DNA of 8,478 nucleotides from Azolla caroliniana (taxonomy: Eukaryota; Plantae; Polypodiophyta): NCBI GenBank assembly GCA_043228905.1, contig JBHGNT010001436.1, positions 1 through 8,478 of the forward strand, given 5' to 3'. This document shows positions 1-8,300 of the stretch, in pieces. Each line of letters begins with the position of its first letter. Position 1 is the first letter of the stretch. Position numbers and translations under genes: made by a program. Under the pieces are notes generated by a model. The model was not told the DNA's origin and ran no database searches. It saw only the letters and a list, made by a program, of their open reading frames with translations.

Positions 1-661
1 GTCGCTTGGCATCCCAAAAGCGAGGTGGATGGCGGACACGATCCTCGTGTTGGAGGCGATCATTCCGTGGCTTGATTTGTCAGACCGAGGCGACAGTGTA
101 GTTGAGCAAGTTATACTCACATTGGTCAAAGGTGTGAGCTCCAAAATGATAGATTGGGCAATGCGAACATAGGGTGCATTCCATTGCCGAGTGTCCTAGG
201 TTCAAGCAAGTGGTGCATTGTATGGCTTGCCAAAATTGGGTTTCTTCGGGTTGCGGTAAGGCGCCTCGGATGGAGCTCATGGAGAAAGAGTTCATGTTTT
301 GGGCGCTATCCATGGGGAGGACGCGGTCGATGACTTGGTGAATCGTTTGTTGAGAGAAGTCGAGGACCCCCAAAGTGGTTCGAAGGGGCTCACGGAGAGT
401 CGTAAGGAAGGTGTCCTTTGGGTTATCAGCCGAGATTTCGCGAGCCAGCTCACGGTGTAAGTTCTGAAATCGAATTGTGAATTGAGGAATCGTTTCTTGG
501 TGCTCCTGCGAGATGGCATAGAATTGGCTTAGTAGTGAATCTCGCTTGGGTATTTGTCGATGAAAAAGGCGGATGAACCTATCCTCGAGGGCTCTAAAGG
601 ATGCAAACGCCCCCAAGTCGTGTTGGGAGTACCAGTGCGTTGCTTGCCCATCGAGAGACAA
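1..661 (-). pseudogene. gag: Ty3/gypsy-type retrotransposon gag pseudogene (capsid-like domain plus two CCHC zinc knuckles), 5'-truncated, running off the window edge
   Basis: SLDGQATHWY...F..LEDRFIRLF...ISQEHQETIPQFTIRFQNL resembles the Retrotrans_gag domain and its QxxxEx(V/I)xxYxxRF motif. CTTCLNLGHSAMEC is an exact CX2CX4HX4C; CPIYHFGAHTFDQC is a second knuckle with Y in place of C. After TGA at 82-80 the frame stays open to position 1. Visibly GC-richer than the rest of the window. Confidence 0.88.
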
Positions 662-668
662 TTACGTG

Positions 669-1020
669 TGTTCGCTGTGAAGTCACAGCGTGAACCGGGT
701 GTGGCAAATTGTGTTGAGTGGGTTGGGGGTGGAGCCAAAGGGGTTCGAATGTGAGAGAATGAGAGAGAGGGAATCAAGACAGACACAAGTTGAGGGGTAA
801 CTTCACTATATTTCTCCTCTTTTCATGCCCCATGGGTGGGGGGTTTATATAGTACAAGATCAATACAAAAAGCCAAATGGGAGTAGTTACACCTACTTAC
901 CCCACTTTTGTACACATGACAGAAAAACCCAAATGTGCATGTGTACACACACACTCTTCCTCACACATTTCATGTTTACACATTACACCTAAACCCTCCC
1001 GTGCACCTATACGGGTAACA
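669..1020 (-). mobile_element. LTR-like segment of about 350 bp upstream of the gag remnant
   Basis: On the minus strand it begins TGTTACCC (1020) and ends GCGAACA (669), giving TGTT...AACA inverted termini, with an internal TATA box oriented toward gag. No second LTR in the window, so boundaries are inferred. Confidence 0.55.
844..852 (-). promoter_or_regulatory. TATA box of the putative LTR promoter
   Basis: Minus strand CTATATAAA followed by a C run, mid-way through the LTR-like segment and co-oriented with gag. Confidence 0.55.
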
Positions 1021-1093
1021 AATGTAGGGGTTAAACCCATGACCACCTGGTCTCCATTAGGCAACCTTACCAATTGCGCTACATCCATCTGGG

Positions 1094-1119
1094 CTCTCTC
1101 TCTCTCTCTCTCTCTCTCT
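1094..1119. repeat. (CT)13 microsatellite
   Basis: Thirteen perfect CT units read directly. Confidence 0.97.
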
Positions 1120-2223
1120 TCACAATATGAAAAGAAAGAGTATCCATCCCTTCCCATTCATATGATTGTGACTTACAAATTTTAATTATATAAAATATCT
1201 CTATGTCTAATGATATGATACAATGTATGTGTGCAAGTTCATACAAATTTGATTATTAACCATGTATTATATTACTATAGGACATGTCAAGGGAGATGAA
1301 AACCCAAAAACTTGAATATTTACAATTAGATTAGAAACATTCAAAGCAGTGGGCATACAAATGCCAGTAATATCAAGTGAGGCATGATAAATATAAATGC
1401 CTAATTAGGGAAAACCTAAATAATTTTATTAAATAGAAGTTGACCACCTCAAATTGGTTTCATTATAGACAATTGGGTGTCCTTGGAGTTGAATAGTTGA
1501 CCATGAAAAACTAGATGGCAAAGGCCTAACGATTTCATGCTGAAAACCCAAAAGCCAAATGAACTCTCAAGAGTGGACAACAAGGAACCATAACTATAGA
1601 CAATGTAAGGGTAAGTTGTTAAAAAATTAATCTATAGGACAAGAAGCATTTTAACTATGTCCATATATGCACGAAGTGGCCAATTTGTTTTTTTGTCTTT
1701 ACTGTATAGCAACATGTTAAAGATAACTAACAAACATCAACCTAAGGAATATACTTGAACAAGATTATTGAATGACCCAATCACGAGGACGGGGAAAATA
1801 TTTGAAGATATATCTTTAATGAATCAAATACACAATAGCTTCTACAAGGGCCAGGAAACATCACAAGCTAAAGCCAAAGAATTGTTGTCAGTAGTTGTTG
1901 CTCCATATAAATTTAGTTTCACCTACGTCCATCCCAATGTGCATATCACATGAGATTAAGGGCTCAAAAACTCAAGGAGCAATTATCCAAAATACTTCTA
2001 GAAATATCATCGTGAAGGAAGACACATAATTAATATTATTGTATGATAGATAAAAGATTTGAGGACACTATTCAAGATCTTCAAAAAGTTTAAGCATTCA
2101 TTGAAATCTCTTTCCATCATCTATTTTGCAATGAATTGAAGGACTTTTCGAGACACGGCACAAGGAAAACCTTAATAGTTGTCAAACTACCTTTTACATC
2201 TATGTGATGACCATCTTTTGTAT

Positions 2224-2245
2224 ACGAGTATAATATAATACTCGT
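2224..2245. repeat. Near-perfect 22-bp palindrome
   Basis: ACGAGTAT-aatata-ATACTCGT: perfect 8-bp arms, only one mismatched pair over the 22 bp. Confidence 0.8.
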
Positions 2246-3564
2246 TGTCATGCCAATTATTCATACCTAGGCCATGCTAGTGTCATGCAATTGCGTGTGT
2301 GAAATTTGAGACGTGAATTGGAAGCCTAGGGTCACTTTCCTCATGTAAACCAAAATGCCATAACACATCGAACACCCCGACATATGGATACAAAATCTTC
2401 CTCCCATAAAATCAAGACAATTTCGTGTCCAGTTTTTTGCGTGACATTTGGATTTTCAAGTCGGAATATTCCGTTGCAATCCTTTGTCATATGGATTGTG
2501 CTAATATTATAATTTATAATTTTCTTTTTGAAAACATACCAAACTAAAAATATTTAGGCAATTTATAATTCTTGTAGATTACATCAAACCCATCAAGAAC
2601 ATAAACATTCAAAATGAGATTTATCTACCAAAGATAACCCCATTACATAGGGTGAGAGAGATTAAAACAATATTGTGGGGGATATCCTTGAGTTTCATTG
2701 TGGCAAGTCTATGATTGACTACTACCTCACCGTTTGTTGTCGAGGGGATCAAGAGGGTTCTTGAATAATCCCTTAAGTTGTTCCAATCTCAATGATCATA
2801 TTTGTGTTTTTTTACAAACTACACAATAATAAGGCACCTTGAGAGGTGGTTCTTTTTAAATCGTAACATAAGACTTTCCTGCACACCCTTAAGGTAAAAT
2901 TCTGGCACACTCCTTGAAGACAATGTGTGGATGATATCAAAGTAAATTTATGAAGGATTTCTGTAATTAACGCTATATCAAACTCATTGCTTGAGATTTC
3001 CAAACACATTTCGAATTTCAACGACGTAATAATATCGATTACACGCATTGATTGACACCAAAAAGTCTCTTATATTATGTCAGATACCAATGTTTTCATT
3101 GTGCATTAACACATAATGCCTTATTATTTCAGTTATTGGAACATTATTTGAATGCTTGAACAGCATAACCAATACATAAAAGATGGAATTTCATTTACAC
3201 AAGGAGAACCAATGACAATGATTTAGAATTTCATTGTTTTCGAAGGTCTTCCTTTCTAGCACAATGATTTAACTACTATTTTGTAGCAAGAACATTTTGC
3301 TGGACATTGGGTTTGCTCTCAAATTAGTGTTGCAAGCATAGTACTGAATATGATTGGGTCAATTGCTGAACCAAAACAAGTCTATAATTAAGCAGAAAAA
3401 AAATCACGCTTGTCAATAAGATAATATATATGATTTCAACAGATGTTTGAATATATATGAACGACACAATACTAAAAAACATAATTGACATTGTATATCA
3501 ATCAAGTATATATTTTTACCTTCAGAAAAAATTATGATACAAAACTCCAAATAATTTTGAAATA

Positions 3565-3847
3565 TTATCCATGGCTTCTGGGGTCAGATACCTTTGGTGC
3601 CTGACGAGAATCAGCCTTTGAAAATTGCCCAACAAATCGTGAATGAGGTATCTTAGATTCTCCTTTAGAAAGGGCAATGACATTTTCCTCGAAATATTGT
3701 TTTGGTAGCCGTCCAACTATATTACCTTCTTCATTTCCTTGTTTGTCCAAGAAAGCGAAGTGTGGGATGCCTTCAACCCCGAATTCATCAAGCTCCTCTT
3801 CCCACTTTGTATTATCAACATTAAGCATCACAAAATTTACATTGTTT
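3565..3847 (-). CDS. HCF164: HCF164 last coding exon (C-terminal half of the thioredoxin domain)
   Basis: Acceptor TGCAG| at 3848; phase-2 start (AA|A = Lys); stop TAA at 3567-3565; contains the cis-Pro GIPHF motif. Confidence 0.96.
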
Positions 3848-5478
3848 CTGCATGCATGTCGCCAAATCACTTCTTCATAAGCATTTTCAATCATAATTAT
3901 TATATTACATTATATTTCAAATGGGAGGGGGAATTGTTATCAAATAGGAATAATCAATGAGATTCAAAGCACTGATGTAAGACATTCACTGAATAATAGG
4001 AAAAAACTGAATGTATAACTCAAGAGTTGATTAAAATTCACGTAACCATTTTTAACATTCTCGAAACACAAGAAGAAATGCATCACAAGCATTTATGGCT
4101 AGCCCTTTTTTCACAGTTTCAGAAAAAATGATAGTTACATATTGATTTTTATGAGAAAGTTGCAATGTTGTTAAGAACATTCAAAATCCATCGAATCAGT
4201 GGAATTGAAGACAACAAAAAATACGGCACATGTTATTGCCTCTAAAAGGAAAAACCGTTCCTCTGAAAAAAAATTACTTCAAGAGTTTTATCTATTGTAG
4301 GAATTATTATATCTCAATAATCTACTATGAACTATATTGAGAAAAAATTCCTGCCTCTACAGGGATATGTTCCTCTAAATTTTATTTGTTTATGTGGGTA
4401 ATTTGACAGCAGAAGAAGAGTCGTTGAATCCACACATTATGTGCAAGGAATGGCAAGAATAACCTTAGGAGATTGTACCAAGTTCTTATACGAAACATAC
4501 CAGTCAGTGGTTCCTTTACATAAGTTCAATCAAGTCTTATGGCTACCTTGCTGTGAACGTTTCTAGTCATGAGACGAGTCATTTCCTTTTTATCATTGGT
4601 GAAGTATAAACTCTAATGTATTACCATAAGAAAAACCATGTTTGCGTGAATTAAATTTGCTCACAAAGATTTTTGCCGCCCTTTATGTTTATTTGGTTGG
4701 CACACGTGATTGTAGGGTCCAAAGAATTGAAATGCAATGACAAGGATAATGAGATATATAGACTACGAAGTGCATGAGATGAATGCCTTCAGCTAGCAAA
4801 TTTATATTCAGCCATACCAGCATTAGAAACTCTTATTCAGCCACTCTATCATTAAGAATATTGTTGCAACGAAACCAGATTCAATAATAAAAAAACACAT
4901 ACTTGTATTGTTGTTCCACTTTATAAACATCTGGAGCCATTTCTCGGCAAACTTCACACCAATCTGCATAGAATTCCACAACTGTCGGCCTACCATTTGC
5001 CATAGCCTATAATTAGATGAAGAGGAAATCAAATGTGTCCTCATTATGTAGAAAACTAACACTTGCATATTGTCTTACTAAAATGCGGGGAACAAAACAT
5101 CAAATAGCATTTGCCTAAGTTCTTGGAGGTTTTCTAAATATTCACCAACTAACCCATTGTGGGCACATAATCTATTAATACAAATGGGTATTCTGGTCAT
5201 CTTTTGGAAAATTATGGTTGTAAATATGCAACTATCGGCGGTATTTGGAGAAATTTCCCCTAAAATTATACCTCTTCATAGGGTATCGATGTAGCTGCAA
5301 GATCACTGAGAGTAGCACCAGACAATCCTCCTCTTGTAACTAGAAACAAGGAAACAGCAGCCATTGCCGAGGCCACAGCAATACTTCGGTTTGTAGTTTG
5401 AGTGGGAAACTCCATCGCATTAATGGTTTCTTTCGTGTTAGTATCATTATTCTTTGGTAATGCCTCAGCCCCTGCTCC
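3565..5478 (-). CDS. HCF164: HCF164 thylakoid thioredoxin-like protein, confidently resolved part: join of 5478-5272, 5006-4903, 3847-3565; N-terminal exons lie further upstream
   Basis: Manual splicing gives GAGAEALPK...[22 protein letters not shown]...SIPYEE|[35 protein letters not shown]|[51 protein letters not shown]...DPRSHG*. This closely matches plant HCF164 as I recall it (WCEVC site, [26 protein letters not shown] block, C-terminal DPxSHG). Both introns are GT-AG and phase-consistent. Confidence 0.96.
4903..5006 (-). CDS. HCF164: HCF164 exon carrying the WCEVC redox active site
   Basis: Acceptor ATAG|GCT, donor AA|GTATGT; 104 nt encoding [34 protein letters not shown]+AA. The ORF track shows only a different frame here. 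Confidence 0.96.
5272..5478 (-). CDS. HCF164: HCF164 exon encoding the single transmembrane anchor and linker
   Basis: Acceptor CTTAG|GGA, donor GAG|GTATAA; 207 nt, 69 codons with no stop; hydrophobic [17 protein letters not shown] after NR; ends [13 protein letters not shown] as in HCF164 homologues. Confidence 0.9.
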
Positions 5479-6503
5479 CTAAGTAGAACCATACAATCAG
5501 AAGATAGATTACGCACATTTCTCCAATAATAGTTGACATATCCAACAAATTACTCATGTCATGTTTTAATAAATTTTTTGCATTGAAGGGATATCCACAT
5601 CAAAGTACACCATGCTCTCTCTTCTCCACAGAATAAATAAATAAAAACAAAAAATGTGGGGATACATAGGGCATTTGAGATCTTGGACACATTTCACATC
5701 AGAAAATTCAGAAGATATATTTCTATGCACACCCACCCAACCCAGAGAGTACTCAACAACAGGCATATTTTTTTTATTCCCCGTGGAATGTTGAAAGGGT
5801 GTAACAGAATACTAATTAATAATGTAGAGAAAATTGTGTACACAAATAAGTTGTGTTCCTCATCTCCTGTCAACATTTGGCTAACTATATAATATAAGTT
5901 TTATGAGTTTCTTTAATGCTTTTATTTTCGACTAACTTTTTATTTCTCATGCTTCAAGAAATTGTACTGGAGGGGGGCCCTTGCAACAATAGTTACAATG
6001 GAAAGAGATTAGATCTTGAATTTATTTTATAGATATCTTAGCTTCTGTTTAACCTATTGTTTATATGCATATAGTTATTGGGTCTGGTGTGTTCAAGTTG
6101 TGTCTTTCTTATGTATCCTATCATACAAGCAATTATGAACCAAAGGAATGACTAATTAAGCAAAAATTTATAGTGGTGAAATATTTTTTGGATTGTGAAA
6201 ACTTGGAACAAAACAATCGTTGGAAAAACGCAACATTTAAGAATAAAGTTTTTAGGAATGTCTGTTGAATATTTATCGCGATACTTGAGGAAAGATAAAA
6301 GTGAATCCTAACATCCTTCAGACGTCATTTAAAAAAACCAACCAAGCACACCCAAAAAGAAATTGCTTTCTTCAATACTGCTCAATGCTATATCTTCTCT
6401 TTGTTCATTTCCCCACAATTTGACTTCTTAACCCACTCTATTTGCTTCAACTATCTAAATCCCTACTAAACATGCTGTTTCTAGTTTCAGAGAGACTGTA
6501 TAC

Positions 6504-6564
6504 TTTTCTTGTTTCTACGCTGGCGCTCTCGTCTGAGACTCTTCTAGAGATACTAATAATGACC
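6504..6564 (-). CDS. Weak candidate alternative exon of HCF164
   Basis: Acceptor TCTTATTCAG|, weak donor AAA|GTATAC; G+VIISISRRVSDESASVETRK is phase-compatible with the 7190 donor (phase 2) and the 5478 acceptor (phase 0). Confidence 0.2.
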
Positions 6565-6957
6565 CTGAATAAGATGTGGAAATAATCAGGAACTATACAT
6601 AAATTATTTCTTGCTGATTTTCAAGAGATTGTGGTACATGTAGCACAACCTTCCAAATGCGAGAAATTACTACTCATATGTGCATATTGTATGCATTGTG
6701 AAATTTTGGTTTGTCATGCGTATTGGCGTGTAATTCAGCCTAATACTATAAATCAAGCATGAAGTACTCTACAAACTGCCAAATTTTAAGATGCATAAAA
6801 TTTAACACAGAAAAGTCTTATGCCTAATGAGCTATTTCAATATAAGCATGAACGTTTCAAAGCAGTGCATGAAAAATATTTCAATACACACATGAATTTT
6901 GTTGCGATGTTGTAATTCCATTGGATAGAAAGAGAAATAAGAAAATGAATTCTATAC

Positions 6958-7007
6958 CTCTGCTTCAAGATGCTCTTTTTCCACATTGCGTTCTTGGGGT
7001 TCATTCT
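6958..7007 (-). CDS. HCF164: Probable HCF164 N-terminal exon (acidic segment after the transit peptide)
   Basis: Strong acceptor TTTGTTTTGCAG|, donor GAG|GTATAG; 50 nt encoding (G)AG-NEPQERNVEKEHLEAE; ends in phase 0, matching the 5478 acceptor. No homology support (variable region). Confidence 0.65.
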
Positions 7008-7082
7008 CTGCAAAACAAATGATCCTTTAAAACACTCTTATCTATAATCAAATATGTACAGAGAAATAAGAATGATGAAAAC

Positions 7083-7155
7083 CTGCTCTAATCAAAGGGC
7101 CCGTATTCTGGCGGTAATGGCGGTAAGTGATGGTGGGTTGAAAGAAAAACGCTGC
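7083..7155 (-). CDS. HCF164: Candidate HCF164 transit-peptide exon
   Basis: Acceptor CCTCAG|GCA, donor GCAG|GTTTTC; encodes AAFFFQPTITYRHYRQNTGPLIRA+G with no acidic residues, ending in an IRA cleavage-like motif; phase 1 matches exon 7007 across a 75-nt intron. Confidence 0.5.
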
Positions 7156-7189
7156 CTGAGGCACACGACCAATAGTTAACTCGTCTTAC

Positions 7190-7237
7190 CTTGTGTTGAA
7201 ATTTATCCGTGGAATAACTCTTATAGAAGGAACATGC
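7190..7237 (-). CDS. Candidate 48-nt cassette exon of HCF164
   Basis: Acceptor TTTGACAG|, near-consensus donor AAG|GTAAGA; length is a multiple of 3; open in two frames (ACSFYKSYSTDKFQHK or HVPSIRVIPRINFNT). Confidence 0.4.
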
Positions 7238-7469
7238 CTGTCAAATTCTATGTAACCTTTTGCTAAATTAAAGACTTTAGTTAAGTAACCTTTTATTCCA
7301 TTTTCCTAATCCAGCGATCAGAGTCATCATCAGACACAAAAACTTATAACTTTCCTTCTAGATCAAGACTTTCTCCTTTATTCCTTTGTTTTCTTTGTAA
7401 TCTTCGCTAATCTTCAAGTCAGTTATATAACATTGAATTCCAACTGAAGACCTTCACCTAACCATTTAC

Positions 7470-7526
7470 CACAATGCCTGTCGTTTTAAGCTTTTGGGAA
7501 CAATCAAAATGCTTTCTGCAAACCAT
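7470..7526 (-). CDS. Candidate first coding exon of HCF164
   Basis: ATG at 7526 with +4 G, MVCRKHFDCSQKLKTTGIV, donor GTG|GTAAAT in phase 0. Joining to 7155, 7007, 5478, 5006 and 3847 gives 774 nt (257 aa), close to the roughly 260 aa of known HCF164 precursors. A TTTGCAG acceptor at 7516 means it could instead be an internal exon. Confidence 0.35.
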
Positions 7527-8274
7527 GCAAACCGATATCCATGCACATCGAATACCCACTCATCAATAAAAAAAACCCATCATGCCCATGCACACACTGA
7601 TTGAGGCCACATGACCTCATGTACACATCTGTCTTGCAAAAAGGCAATTAAGAAATACTTAGAGAAATCCCAAAACATCTTTCAACAACAGTAACAGCAA
7701 GCAATATGAATTTGAGAATAGCAAAGGATATTGTGATCAATCATAAATAAATATATTGTTAACGGTATCAGAAAGCTTCAAATAACCCTCCTTCAAATAA
7801 ATTATTCCCCAAACCAAGAATCATCAGCATCCCAATATTACATCTTGTTACATCTAGCACACACCCTGGGCAGTCAAAGATGTGCAAAGGAGAATCTCAA
7901 GCTAACCACCACTACAAGAATGGAAGAAATGAGAGGATGAAATTATGAATGAAATGTACACATGACCTTTCTATATCCATAAACCAGATATATTGTGTCC
8001 AGACCCCATGGACAAAGCCATCCAATGCAAAAGCCTCCTTCTAGCGTCTAATTGACTCCTTCTGGTAGCATCAATTAGAGAGGGCATTGCATCCTTATGG
8101 TGCAAAAATGGTAAATAGGGCTGAGAGCTAGTTAGAGAGGGCATGTGTGAAATAGGTAAAAAGGTGGGGTGACAAAAAAATACTACCATGTACCAAAAAG
8201 GATCATGCATAGAATGGGACTACAGTTCTATTATTAGGGGTTTAATCAATTTGGGGAGGGAAATCTATCTAGTT

Positions 8275-8300
8275 GGGATTAGGGCTTTTAGGGTTAAGGG
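8275..8300 (+). other. Canonical G-quadruplex motif made of degenerate telomere-like units
   Basis: GGG ATTA GGG CTTTTA GGG TTAA GGG fits (G3 N1-7)3 G3 and includes TTAGGG and TTTAGGG units. Confidence 0.6.

Noticed and set aside
667-987. Alternative solo-LTR model TGTGT...ACACA (667-982) with a near-TSD TTACG/TTACA
   Set aside because: The TSD is imperfect, the region is CA-rich so such ends arise easily, and gag homology does not resume beyond 987.
877-1185. ORFs 877-1185 (+) and 897-1157 (-)
   Set aside because: They cross the LTR-like segment and the CT microsatellite (SLSLSL / ERERER); no recognisable domain.
1768-3048. Short intergenic ORFs 1768-1953 and 2812-3048
   Set aside because: Short, no motifs, and no supporting exon structure that I could identify.
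3848-3894. ORF-track N-terminus [16 protein letters not shown] on the 109-aa ORF, with AYEE echoing the real PYEE exon end
   Set aside because: Intron sequence upstream of the CAG acceptor; the true upstream sequence is the WCEVC exon, and the short match is probably chance.
3522-3960. ORFs 3522-3716, 3677-3880 and 3739-3960
   Set aside because: Alternate-frame or antisense shadows of the last HCF164 exon.
4823-5892. ORFs 4823-5068, 5566-5766, 5656-5892 and 5694-5876
   Set aside because: Off-frame overlap with an exon or short intronic ORFs with no recognisable similarity.
7252-7294. GTAACCTTTT direct repeat flanking 23 nt (TSD-like); a similar CTTCAAATAA duplication lies at 7776-7800
   Set aside because: Too short and AT-rich, with no enclosed element; ordinary local duplication or chance.
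7758-7828. GGTATCAGA resembling a tRNA-Met PBS, and a minus-strand TGATGA...CTGA pair resembling a C/D snoRNA
   Set aside because: The PBS match lacks the leading T and an LTR CA end; the C/D pair has no terminal stem and no recognisable rRNA guide.
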